A stretch of 30,673 nt of DNA from Tricharina praecox (Eukaryota). The stretch's first letter is position 1. Every line of letters begins with the position of its first letter. The position numbers and the translations under genes are program-made. The notes under the pieces were generated by a model. It was not told the origin of the DNA. It saw only the letters and a program-made list of their open reading frames with translations, and ran no database searches. Positions 19,764 through 30,396 of this stretch are shown here, piece by piece. Location of the stretch: the NCBI RefSeq assembly GCF_024521635.1, contig NW_026250431.1, forward strand, positions 496,001-526,673, in the 5' to 3' direction.

Positions 19764-21765
19764 ATGCTCTCTGGATCCTCGGTACGGCCGGATCAGCTTC
19801 CTCCTTTGTCTTTCCTTCTCGACAACCGATCGATCTTCACCGCCAACGTTTCATTTCGGGTTTCCAACGGCTTTCGTGGGGTAGTGGGGGGTAGTAATGG
19901 GGGGTGCAGAAGGCTGCCTTTTGGTTATTCGGGCAAGTGGACTAGAGGTGTAATGTTAAGGATGTATGGTGAAGGGTTATGTGAGACGGAATAACGTACC
20001 TTTTTTTTCTTATATACTACGGCTATGTTCTCTCTTAATGATCGTATCATAACCGTCCCATGGCCTTCCTGGCCTCTCCCGATTGAGTCACGTGAGTTAT
20101 CACTCGTTGCGGTTGTCGTCGGGCGCGGTACGGTTAGGACTCTTTCGTGATGGCATTACCATCTTCGACAGAGAGAAATCATCGATGAATCTACGGTCTT
20201 AATTGTTACGCGAATTTGGCCGAAACCACGCCGATGAAGAAAGTTTTCCGTATCCCGTGACCAACATAGATTTATCCTTCCAAACTAGGTGAGAAGGTTC
20301 TCAACCACAGGAAGCCTGAAGACAATCCGAGGATGAATATGAGATGCAAGTTCATATCTCCGACCGAAAGACACGGTGTTGTCGGGGGGTCGCGAATTAT
20401 GGGAGTCAATAAAGTTGGTGCTAGGTCGATAGACGTGCGGTGACTGGCCCATCTAATCGGTACTTCCCCTGCCAAGTTCCTTTGGCCCTTCAGGTGGGAA
20501 CCTTGCGGATAAAGTTTCCTGGGGATGGTATCTATGAAGAAAATATGTCGAAGGTCGAACCCTAAATATCACGGTATGAAATGGTTTCCCACGCAGATGT
20601 CATTAAATGCAGCCGCCATGATCCTCGCTATCCGCTAAGTAACGCAAGTGGAGGTTGAAGATCTGTTAACGTATCTTGGCCTGCATTGCACATGTGTTTT
20701 TCTCCGATATCGAGATACGTTCTTCGTGCCCGAGGAGCCTCGTCCTTGTGCATAGTGCGGAAGGCATATAAGTGGTCCATTCAGTCTCTTCTCCCACGGC
20801 ATAGAAGAAGTCCGTCGAGTTCAACATCTTGTCGAACAGGATCTGACTGCAACACAGTCCTTCAGCACATATACCGCTTATCTGGGGAATCCGCTTACAG
20901 GTATCTGGAATTCCGGTTATCTGGCATCGGCGATTTCAAGCGCCTCATCATACCTATTTCAGCACATAACCGGCGCATACCGAGATCTCGCAGCCATAGC
21001 CATGCCATTACCGTCCAGTTCACCCAGTTCACCCAGAGAGACGCCGAGGGACGCGGAGTCAGAGGCGGCTTGGGCTCATCGATGACATTGCAGTCAGCAG
21101 GAGCCCCACCGTTTTGCTCCCGGGATGCAGCATCCATACCACCCCGCCGCGCGTATCGATGGTTCGCACATCATTCACGGTCCGTCCAACACGTGCCTCG
21201 GGGTTGAATGGACTGCTACATATATCCAGAACCTTTTCACCAGCATTTATTTATCTTGTTCCGAAATCTCGTCAACCTGGGTAGCCAGGCCCGATACACG
21301 TGACCGACTTTGCACTCCCGTTTAGAGGAGCTATGGGTTTTCACGCGTTTCAAAAAACAGCTGATGCATGGTTTAAACTTTAGAATACCGTATTAATGCA
21401 CCCGCTATGCTAACTCCATACCCTTCCGACTTGCCGAGCCAGTCGTACAGTTTGTCCACCAAACGTTGAAACAGAGCTTGGGGAGGGCCAGGCATTTGTA
21501 TGCTGGTCCCGAGCCGTGAACAAGAATTTCCCGCCGCACAGAGGATCGTCACAATGAAGTACCACATACTTAACTGCCCACGCTCGACACAAAGCCCACC
21601 GTCACCCAAACCACCGGGTCCCGTCGGCGAAACGCATCTCATACCTGGCAGCTCACCATTCCGACTCGATCCTTTCTGCGGCCCGGATCATCTACCGCCT
21701 GTCGCGAAAACTTTACTTCCAGAGAGAGTCCCCCGACGCAGCCCCAGTACGTGGTGGTCGTACTA

Positions 21766-23118
21766 ATGGATCCGGGGCCGCGATTGCAAGTGTGCAAGTG
21801 GACAGGCTGCGGCGAAAACTTTCCCACCTCGAAGGAGCTCCACGACCATGTCCGCGACTCGCATGTGGCCAACGAGGTCGCCGTGGCCGGTTCGTTTACC
21901 TGCGGGTGGGGCTCCTGTCCGACGACGACCAAGAGGCGCGGCAAATTGGTCTCGCACCTTCTCGTGCACGTGAATTACAAGGCGCACAAGTGCAACATGT
22001 GCGAAAAGACGTACAAGCGGCCCCACGAGCTTAAGAAGCACCAGGAGAAGTGGCACGATCAAGACCTCCAGCAGCGCACGCCGAGGGCGTTGGCAGAGGG
22101 CGGACTGCTCGCCCCAACCATCGATAAAGACGTAAGGCCTTCCCTTGACGCATCCATCGAAACTAACCTGGATTTTGAGCAGTGCGTGGAGGAGCCCCCG
22201 GTGATCGACGGAGTGCTTGCCCTAGAGGCACTCGGCGAAATTCATCCCGAGTACCAGCAATGCAACGAGGAGCCTCCGGTGATCGACGGAATGTTTGCCC
22301 TAGAGGCACCCAGCGAAAGTCATCCCGAGTACCAGCAATACAAGGAGGACCCACCGGCGGAGGGAAAACTACTCACTGAGCATGGCTCACAACGCTTGTC
22401 AGACGGGAAGCGGCGCAAAGTGCGGCCCCCGGAGAGCCGTGGATTGCTTGCCCCAAGCGTGTGCAACCAAAGCGTGCCGGACAATAACGTGCAGCGCCTG
22501 CCGTACGATAACATGCATTGCATGCTGGACGAGGCCATGCAATTTCAGCAGGGCGAGGTGAAATTCATGCCGACCACAACGTACGGCAAACAGTTTGCCC
22601 CCGGCCCAACGTTCGAAAACATGATGCTGGTCGAAGAGGACTACGCGTGGCCCCCGGCGTACGATGGTATGCCTGCCGAATACCCTCTTTATCAAGGTCT
22701 GCCGGACGGGCAGCAGTACATGCAGCCCTCGACGGGCAATGTATATTTTGTCCCCGACGCACTCTTCAACTGCCTGCCCTACTCGGCACAGTGCGCGCAG
22801 CTCCCGGCAGAGAATATACAGTGTCCGCCAGCGGCACCGATGCGCGGCATGCCGGATGCAGGAGTGCAATACAACATGCCTCAACTCGCATACGGCGTGG
22901 AAAACGGTTTCCCCGACAATGCGCCTCGGATGAGTAATGGTGCTTACTACTACTCCCACCCCTCGCAGACCGGCTACGGAGTCGCTCCTGGAGCCGGCCA
23001 GATTTCCGCCGCGCATACCGGTTCCGCGATCCACGTCCAAGCAACTCAGCAGCAGCAGCCCCAGGACCGGCGGATGGCCCACAAAAGGTTGTTTGACCTG
23101 GCGGAAGAGCCCCATTAG
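21766..23118 (+). CDS. Three-finger C2H2 transcription factor, PacC/Rim101-like but divergent (450 aa)
   Basis: CKWTGC..F.....LHDHVRDSH, TCGWGSC.TTT.RR..LVSHLLVH, HKCNMCEKTYKRPHELKKH. Trp residues in fingers 1 and 2 and KRP..LKKH in finger 3 are typical of PacC. The C-terminus is Q/P/Y-rich. Confidence 0.88.
   Translation: MDPGPRLQVCKWTGCGENFPTSKELHDHVRDSHVANEVAVAGSFTCGWGSCPTTTKRRGKLVSHLLVHVNYKAHKCNMCEKTYKRPHELKKHQEKWHDQDLQQRTPRALAEGGLLAPTIDKDVRPSLDASIETNLDFEQCVEEPPVIDGVLALEALGEIHPEYQQCNEEPPVIDGMFALEAPSESHPEYQQYKEDPPAEGKLLTEHGSQRLSDGKRRKVRPPESRGLLAPSVCNQSVPDNNVQRLPYDNMHCMLDEAMQFQQGEVKFMPTTTYGKQFAPGPTFENMMLVEEDYAWPPAYDGMPAEYPLYQGLPDGQQYMQPSTGNVYFVPDALFNCLPYSAQCAQLPAENIQCPPAAPMRGMPDAGVQYNMPQLAYGVENGFPDNAPRMSNGAYYYSHPSQTGYGVAPGAGQISAAHTGSAIHVQATQQQQPQDRRMAHKRLFDLAEEPH
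22177..22356 (+). repeat. Intragenic 78-bp (26-aa) tandem repeat, about 2.3 copies
   Basis: EQCVEEPPVIDGVLALEALGEIHPEY / QQCNEEPPVIDGMFALEAPSESHPEY / QQYKEDPP. Confidence 0.9.
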
Positions 23119-23469
23119 AAGTAGATATGTCATGGAGTCTCGTATTAGGTCCGAGAGGCAAGGCTGACTTATCTATAGGATGCACCTTCGGAAGGTCCTT
23201 CGCTGGGACTTGGTGGGGGTGCGTGCGCTTTAGGGTTTATCCGCACACGATGCTTCTTTCACTCTCGGCGTTCGGGTATTTACCGGCGGGCTCACGATAA
23301 CTCTCACGTTGTGTTTATTTCGAACGGTTTTTTGCCGCAAAATGTTCTGATTATCTTATTGGTCGGGCGCTTTTGGAGGTTGGTAAGAACAATCGGGCTC
23401 TGGAGTCTTCGCCCTGGCCGGAAGTCTAAAAAATGCTTGGTTTGTCTGCCTTCTATGCTAATTTTGAAA

Positions 23470-24171
23470 CGCCAAACGTCTATAATGCCTTAGTTTTTTT
23501 GACATTTCAACCCCACCACCACCACTCCAACTCACCACCACCGACCACCACGCAAACCCATTGCGGCGAGCGAAGGAAGAGCTGTCGGCGAGAGGAGGAA
23601 CTGAAGGAGGACTCCTGTCGGCGGGAGAAAACGATTGTGGTTCGTAGTGGGCATCAACATTGGTGGGTATAAATGGCGGGATCAATTAACTGACTGAGCT
23701 AGGAGGGGGACTTACGCTAGGTCGAGTGGGGTTTTCTTCGTCTTTTTCTTTTTCTCTTTCTTTTTCTCTTTCTTTTTCTCTTTCTTTTTCTCTTTCTTTT
23801 TCTCTTTCTTCTTCTCTCCTAATCATCGTCTACTAAATAAACGGGCAACCCTCCATCTCCGCTCTTACCGCTGTGTGAGCTTACTTCGTCGTCCCACGCG
23901 GCACGCCTGTCGGTCTGGAGTTGGCAAAGAGCCCTTGAAAAACCACCGCCAGTAAAATACTCATGTACTCGCCAATGCCTCTCGAGTCCAGACCCCTTTC
24001 TCCCGCTGAAAGGGCCTCTCACTCCCTCCTCTCGTCGACAGCTTCTCCATCGCTGGCCATAGTAGGTTTACGTGATGGTGGGTTTGCATGGTGGTGGTGG
24101 TGGTGGTGGTGGGTTTAAGGTATGGTGGGTTTGAAACGTGCCAAAAACTATGGCATTACAGACGTTTGCCG
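23470..24171. mobile_element. Non-autonomous TIR element (702 bp), Mutator/MULE-like
   Basis: ~140-150-bp imperfect TIRs (CGCCAAACGTCTATAATGCC... and ...GGCATTACAGACGTTTGCCG). Flanks TAATTTTGAAA (23459-23469) and TAATTGAAA (24172-24180) fit a ~9-bp TSD with T slippage. Confidence 0.75.
23740..23812 (+). repeat. 12-bp microsatellite (TTTTTCTCTTTC)n, about 5 copies, inside the TIR element
   Basis: Directly visible; the homologous copy near 28300 has only (GAA)n. Confidence 0.9.
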
Positions 24172-24469
24172 TAATTGAAATCATTCCTCCGCCCATCATT
24201 CGCACGACTCACCAGTGGCAGCATGTTTACTAACCGCCAGGTATCCTGTCTACACACAGCGTATACATATTCCTATGCTGCAGTCCCTCCCAACTTGCTC
24301 TCCATCACATCAAAGTCCAGTACAACCATGCACGCTTCACCCAAGCATTCGCACGGCCTGTATCTTCTGCCTTCACCAATCCACTGTCGTGTTCCAAAGT
24401 TCATTGTCTCATTGAGGTTCCAGCCAGTGTTGATCAGCCGTGGTACGTGTAAGAGGTATACACCGACTT

Positions 24470-24623
24470 ACTTACCGGCCCTTTTTGATCGGTTCAGTCG
24501 CTGGTTTTCGGCTTTTTTGGCTAACATAGCTGCATGTTTTGCTGTGGACTGTCGCGAGGCCTTCTAGCCTGCAGCTTGCTGCTCGGTGGTGGAGTTTATC
24601 CAGACAACGGGCTTCGGTGGCAT
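24470..24623 (-). pseudogene. N-terminal exon of a hypothetical basic protein with an in-frame TAG
   Basis: GCCACCATG Kozak context at 24623. Reads MPPKPVVWINSTTEQQAAG*KASRQSTAKHAAMLAKKAENQRLNRSKRA, then a GTAAGT donor. TAG at 24564-24566. Confidence 0.4.
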
Positions 24624-24764
24624 GGTGGCAAACGCAGGGCTGGTGGCAGTAGTGGTGGTACGGGTGGTGAGGTCGGTGCTGGTGATGCTACGCGTACGAC
24701 AAAAACGCGGGGAGGATGCGAGATATAGCACTGTCGTACCGCATCCGACTTAGTGTTTAGGACC

Positions 24765-25575
24765 TGTTACCTACCAGGACAGTGACGACGCGTCCGTTCA
24801 CTGTACGATCTCCACCCCACTTTCCCACTGGGATCGCGACGGCGTCCCATCGATCACATCGTTCTTCCCACTGAGACCATGACGCCGCGTTTATTACAAG
24901 TACCCCACTCTGCCAGCTAGAACTATTAGTCCTCACCCATCCAAGCTTTACGGCTTCCACAGCGCCCTACCTACCGGGACAGCGATGACGCGTCCGCTCG
25001 AACTGTACGCTTTCCACCGCCCCTGCCCGGACGGCGACGGCGCGCACCCTGCAGCCGTACCATGTGAACCTTAACATGTGAGCCGCGTCACTTAAGCCGC
25101 ACCATTTACCCCAGCTACCTACCTAACTACCCCCAGACCGCGACCATTCGAGCAGTACCATTTCCACAGCACTCCGCCTACTGCAACCTTGACGGCACGC
25201 CCATTCGAACAGTACAATTTCCACCGCACTCGGCTCACTGGGTCTGCGATGGCGCGCCCAACCGAGCCCCACTCCGCCGGCTAGAATTGCGACGTTGCAC
25301 CCTTTCGAGCTATACGGGTTCCACCGCGATCCGCCCACCGGGACTGCGGTGACGCATCCATTCGAGCTACAACGAGCTACATCGTTCTTCCCACTGGGGC
25401 CGCGACGGCGCGCCCTTCTAGCCCTACTTCAGCATGCCAGAACTGCGACGTTGCGCCCATTCGAGCAGTACGATTTCCTACCGCACTCGACCTATCGCGA
25501 CCGAGACCGCGCGCCAATTCGAGCCGCTCGATCCCGCCGGAACACTGCTCACTGGGCCTGTGACGACTTGTCCAT
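24765..25575 (+). repeat. Degenerate ~57-bp GC-rich minisatellite (roughly a dozen full or partial units)
   Basis: Approximate consensus GCGACGGCGCGCCCATTCGAGCAGTACGATTTCCACCGCACTCCGCCCACCGGGACT. Confidence 0.85.
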
Positions 25576-25709
25576 GCATCGCTACTCGCTATGTGAAGCC
25601 AAAATTCGCAGGGCTAGCTCGGCGAATTGTTAAGTCCCTACTCGACTCATGCGAGACAGGGATAAAATTGATGTGAGATGATTGCGATTCATACAAAGAC
25701 CATAACACG

Positions 25710-26528
25710 CTACCACGACGCCGCCTTGATATATCTCTCCTCAGTATCACGTAACGCATTCGCGATCGGCGCCATGCCCGCCAGAATCTGCACGAATTCG
25801 ACCTTCTGCTTCGGATCCGTTAGACGGTACTCCCTGCCGACCTCCATGCGCATTCCGCCCTTGAGCCCGACCACTTTCCACATCGTTTCCAACTGCAGGG
25901 CATCGAGTAACCGTCCCAGCACCGTCGCCTTGATCACGGCCGCCTTCCCCGCCCGCACCGACACCAACCACACTTCCCACTCCGTCTCCTGCGACCCCAT
26001 GAACTCCTGCGCTAGCGAGAGCACGAACGCCGCCTCCTCCGCAAAGTCTACACGTCGCCGCTTCGGCTCGACCACCCACAGCCGTGTGCTGATGTATCCG
26101 CGCGCACGCCAATGCACGGTTCGGTCGTGGTATCGCAGCGAGAAGTGGTAATACGGCCGTTCGTAGCGCGGGCAGAGGTAGCACAGCACCTGCTCGATCA
26201 GCTCGGTGCAACACTTCTGGCGCAGCTCGATGTGGTACGGGGTGGCGGAGAGCTCATTGAGCTCGTACGAGGTTTCGGCGATCGGGAATAGGTGGATCGT
26301 CGTGCAGAAGCCGGGACTGAAGGCGTCGGTGAACGGTTCCGCGGTGTTTTGCACCGCTTCGAGAAGTTCTGGCGGGGCTGTGCCGGCTGGCAAAAGCAAC
26401 CCGAAGCTCACGATTGCTCCGACTGTCGCTAGGTGGTTGTTGTTCCAGTTGCTCGGGTCGATCAGAGAGCGTCGGGGCTTCTTGCGGGAGCTGGTTCGCG
26501 AGGCGGGAGAGGGGGGGAGAGGGAACAT
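25710..26528 (-). CDS. 272-aa hypothetical fungal protein, possibly a PD-(D/E)xK-like fold
   Basis: Uninterrupted ORF from ATG 26528 (MFPLPPSPASRTSSRKKPRR...) to TAG 25710. A recognisable paralog on the opposite strand supports coding status. Contains RARGYI..LWVVEPKRR..EEAAFVLSLAQ..VWLVSV. Confidence 0.8.
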   Translation of the reverse strand: MFPLPPSPASRTSSRKKPRRSLIDPSNWNNNHLATVGAIVSFGLLLPAGTAPPELLEAVQNTAEPFTDAFSPGFCTTIHLFPIAETSYELNELSATPYHIELRQKCCTELIEQVLCYLCPRYERPYYHFSLRYHDRTVHWRARGYISTRLWVVEPKRRRVDFAEEAAFVLSLAQEFMGSQETEWEVWLVSVRAGKAAVIKATVLGRLLDALQLETMWKVVGLKGGMRMEVGREYRLTDPKQKVEFVQILAGMAPIANALRDTEERYIKAASW

Positions 26529-27054
26529 CGGTATCTTGTCGCAGACGGCCTGCGAGGCGGTGGATGATTTCGTGTTAGTTGTGGGGTGGGCAGTCGCGTG
26601 CGTGATGTCAGGACCTGCAAGCGAAGGAACAGGATAACTACACGACCTTGGGATACGTGGGCCTTTAAGACGTCCTTGTGTTGCAACCTCGCGTCCACGT
26701 GACGCCCTGCACTGCGCCGGATAAACACTATGGAAGTGAGGCTCAATAGAGAGGAACGCGAAACATCCCGTCGTTTCCGTATTCCACTGCACCAGAAATA
26801 CTACGCGTTCAATCGCTGTGACGGCTCGAGTGATCGATAGCAACTTGTGCAAACGTATCACAGAACCCTTGTGTGGCGGCCACTGCAGGGGCTTCAAGGA
26901 TACTTCAGGTACTTGGATAACAAACCTTGTGTGGCGCTTCCGCAACAGGGGTATTGCGTCATCGCACTTTCAGCCGCTCACGAAATCAATCGGTCGCCCC
27001 ACTTGCCCCTCTGAACATCTCCCTCCTGTCTCCAACACCGCAACGAACACGGAA

Positions 27055-27930
27055 CGACCGCCCCCTCCACCGAGCTCCTTCCGCAAGAATTCCAAGCGCA
27101 GCGCGCTGCCAGTGGAATCGCGACCGCCTGTCCGCGGTGAGTGCGACTGTCAGCTCGGACAACGCCTTCGTACCTTCGTACTTTTGCACCCTCGCGTCTC
27201 CACCGGAACGACTCGATGCTCTACAACCCACCGCTCCCCCATCCGCCAATTCCTTCAGTCCGATGTCCTCGAACGCACTCCTCTCCACCGCCGTATCTCC
27301 TACCGTCTTAAGTCGCCCAATCCCATAGTACACCGCGCGCGACCGACCGCCGCCAGCAATTGCGTACATACCGAGTTGATCGAGAATGTACCCCGCTATG
27401 TACTAGTACATTCCGCCCTCTCTACATACATACATACGGGCGGTGCATTGACCCGCTATCGGCGCGCTATATACCGCGATAAGACTACGGTATCGATTGG
27501 AGTCCGTGCGGGGTATGCTAGCACGCTTCTGTGTGTGGCCGAGCCGAGCTGGCGTGCGGAGTTGTGGAGGAGGAGGCGGAGTTCGTGCTCTCGCTTTCGC
27601 TCGCGCGGGAGGAGTGGGGTCCGGCGGAAGGAGTGGGAGGAGTGGGAGGTTTGCTTGCTGTCGGTGCGAGCGGGTAAGGTGGCGGTGGTTGAGGCTACGG
27701 TGGTGAGATGGCTACTCACGGCTACTCACGGCGCTCGTAAGGGAGGTGTCAGGAAGGCGCCAGGGAAATCGATTGGAATTGGACACGGCGGAGCGGTGCG
27801 ATGCGAATGGAGGTGGGTGGCTGCAATGGATCGCGTGACGGATTAAGAGGGGAGACTCTGGCGGGGCTGGCGTTGATGGCGAATGCGATACGTGCTGGTA
27901 GAGCGGGATAGATCGCGGCGCGTCATGGTG
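27055..27930 (+). pseudogene. Frameshifted inverted paralog of 25710-26528
   Basis: Collinear blocks in different frames: QWNRDRLSAVSATVS~NWNNNHLATVGAIVS, SPPERLDALQPTAPPSANSFSP~APPELLEAVQNTAEPFTDAFSP, TELIENV~TELIEQV, EWEVCLLSVRAGKVAVVEATV~EWEVWLVSVRAGKAAVIKATV, MRMEVG, LAGLALMANAIR~LAGMAPIANALR. Confidence 0.88.
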
Positions 27931-28212
27931 GGATGGTGGTATCGTGGCTTGCAGTCATGTCGCAACGATTAGGCGTCGGTTCGTGATAGAACTCATGTTT
28001 CCTGTTGCATGCGATCGTCTGATCGTTTTCCGTTAGGTCGCAGTTTTGGATGAGGAAAGGTGCACCGACTTGGACAGGAGCATTAAACTCGGACATGACA
28101 AGCGACAGAAGTAACTGGGAAGATGCTAATTATAAAGTCTAGTTCTCCCTCGTGCCGACCGACGATACTATGGCGAACACACTCGCACCGGAGAAGCACC
28201 AGCCTACGAAAG

Positions 28213-28599
28213 GCGTGGGATGAGGAAGGGAGCCCACACAGACGGCAGACCGGAAATGGGGGGTTGACCGTCTACCTATTTGATAGATGATGATCTAGAG
28301 AGAAGAAGAAGAAGACGAAACCCTACTCGACCTAGCTCAACTCCCCCTCCTCACTCAGTAGTCGACCCCGCCATGCTAACCAACGTTGATGCCCACTACT
28401 AACTACTAACCACTTTCTTTTTCTCCCGCCAACAGGAGTCCTCCTTCACTTTCTCCTCTCGCCGACAGCTCTTCCATCGCTCGTTGCAGTGGGTTTGCGT
28501 GGTGGTGGGTTTGAGTGGTGGTGGGTTTGAGTGGTGGTGGGTTTGAGTGGTGGTGGGTTTGAAACGTGGAAAAAACTATGGCATTAGAGACGTTTGCCG
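28213..28599 (+). mobile_element. Solo one-ended copy of the TIR element family at 23470-24171
   Basis: Aligns with the reverse complement of about 23470-23900. Ends GGCATTAGAGACGTTTGCCG and contains (GTGGTGGTGGGTTTGA)x4 at 28499-28562. Confidence 0.85.
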
Positions 28600-29299
28600 T
28601 TAACTAAAAAACCCAGTAAAGAGCACCCTCATGATGCATCGGGGCTCCCTCACTATACCCAACCGAAACAACCGTAGCATCGCCTTCTTTCAAACGATAA
28701 CCGGACATTTCTGTAACTACCAAGTAACCGTAACCCGTAACCCATCATCCGGTCAACCCTCACAGCCCAACAGTACCCACAAGCGTCGCAGCCCAGCCCA
28801 GGCTCCATCACCACCGCTCAACTCGACCATATCCTCCATGCACCGATGTCCGAGGGCCACACATGCTCTCCACCAGTTATTTCATTCCCGTACCGTAACG
28901 TGAAATCTCGCCACCGTTCATCCGACGCTCGGCGGTTTTCATCCCGTTCTAACTAGTAAGAGGGTCTCCCGAGTGAGTGAATCGAGGCCCGAAATGTCGT
29001 GGAAGATAGATAGGACTGAAGGTGTTACAGAAAAAACTGGGAGACGGTGGTCTGAACTGAACCTCGTCGAGTAGTTACGATGGGGGCGCAATGTATAGGT
29101 AGCTCCGAAGATGCTATGAAATACCCGTCTCGTAGAAGATGGATTCGAAGCGGACAGACGGTTGAGTCCGACGACGACGACGGGCCCGGTGGCCGGCCTC
29201 CGGAGCGGTTGCCCTTCTTACAATCGCTAGATTCAATTCGGCTGCGGCGTAGAGAAGCGAGGGAGCTGTCCGAGAGTGCACCCGAAGGAGCAGCCGACG

Positions 29300-29410
29300 C
29301 CCCCAGACCCAGCATCGCGTAGGAGATGTGCCTGCAGCTGTCGGGGAACGCTAGGATGAGGTTCGGAACAGCAGCGAGCAGTTCCAGTGGAGCAGCGCTT
29401 GCACGGTGGT
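29300..29410 (-). pseudogene. Possible decayed F-box remnant
   Basis: PLELL..(shift)LFRT...SCRH resembles PVELHLQFFRCL...SCRHL of the F-box gene at the left edge. Confidence 0.3.
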
Positions 29411-29874
29411 GACGCCCGCAGCCGGTTCGAGGGGCAGGTGAAGGGTTTCATCTTCTCTTCGTTGCGGGGTTGCGCGATGGTGGAGGAGCGAGGGAGGGAG
29501 CTATGGTGGTGCGAGGCTCAAGCTAAGTAAGATGTTACCCTGGTAACCATATCAACGCATGAACAGGTGACCGGAAGGTGACGTAACGGCTTCTACATAC
29601 ATCCATAGATAGTGTCTCTAGCCTTGCCTTCTGGGCCCGTACAAATCCGGGATTCTGCAGAAGCGAGCAAGCTACATACAACTCCAACTACCCGAAGTTA
29701 CAAGCGAAGTCAGTCACCGGGGAACCGCAGGTCCGCAGCTGTCCGGGGTTCTGACAATCTGGGGTTGCGCAGTAGCGAGGAAGCTACTCTACCCGGGGAG
29801 TACAAGCGAAGTAGCGAACCGGGTAACGATGTGACAGCATGGCCACGTGATCGTGGAGTTACGTAAAACTTTCT

Positions 29875-30396
29875 CGTATGATATTTGCAACATCGCTGCC
29901 TGGGAATCGTGATAACGCGCCGGCATGTGAAGGCCGCATTTGGAGAACGGGGAGTGTGTGTATATCGCCATGATCTAGCCAGGTCGTGGCTATGCAATCA
30001 CTTAATCCTTACGATCTCGTTGATTCGGACAGTTGGCCGGGAAACGGAGTTGAACGGAGTTTTAGCCCGGCCTTATGCAATCAATCAATGCGTACGACCT
30101 CATTGAGTGGGACAGTGGATGGGAGAACGGAGTTCTAGCCCGGAAACTACAATTCTGTCGAGTCGGACAGTGGACCGTGGACTCGGAAACGGAGCCGGGA
30201 GTGTGTGTATATCACCCTGATCTAGCCCGGCCGCACGCAATCAATACGAACGATCCCGTTCCCCCTCCAATGTCTGACTCAAACGGCCGGATAGTGTGTA
30301 TATCACCATGATCTAGCCTGGCCACCATATGCAATCAATGATTAAACAAAAACAAAAAACCGCCGTACGATATCCATCGCACCGCCCCTCCAATGT
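29875..30396 (+). mobile_element. Tandem array of about four LINE 3'-UTR tails separated by a repeated motif
   Basis: Units GGACAG...GGAAACGG..GTGTGTATATCRCCATGATCTAGCC.GG.C..ATGCAATCAAT; the last ends in AAACAAAAACAAAAAA. CGTACGATCTCGTT-like motif at 29875, 30008, 30091, 30247 and 30364. Confidence 0.7.

Noticed and set aside
21766..23118. Assigning the gene symbol pacC/RIM101
   Set aside because: Recognition residues and the linker diverge and the C-terminal signalling motifs are not visible, so orthology is unsupported.
22399..23185. Antisense and alternate-frame ORFs over the zinc-finger gene
   Set aside because: They are GC-rich shadow ORFs of the real CDS.
26529..26945. N-terminal extension of the 411-aa ORF
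   Set aside because: It begins at a non-ATG codon, and homology with the paralog starts only around the MFPLPP ATG at 26528.
26818..27846. 342-aa ORF as a functional gene
   Set aside because: Homology to the intact paralog switches frames several times; the ORF is a chance path through a pseudogene.
28499..28562. G-rich (GTGGTGGTGGGTTTGA)4 as a telomeric repeat
   Set aside because: It is an internal expansion within the TIR family, with variants at 23505-23555 and 24070-24133; it is neither TTAGGG nor terminal.
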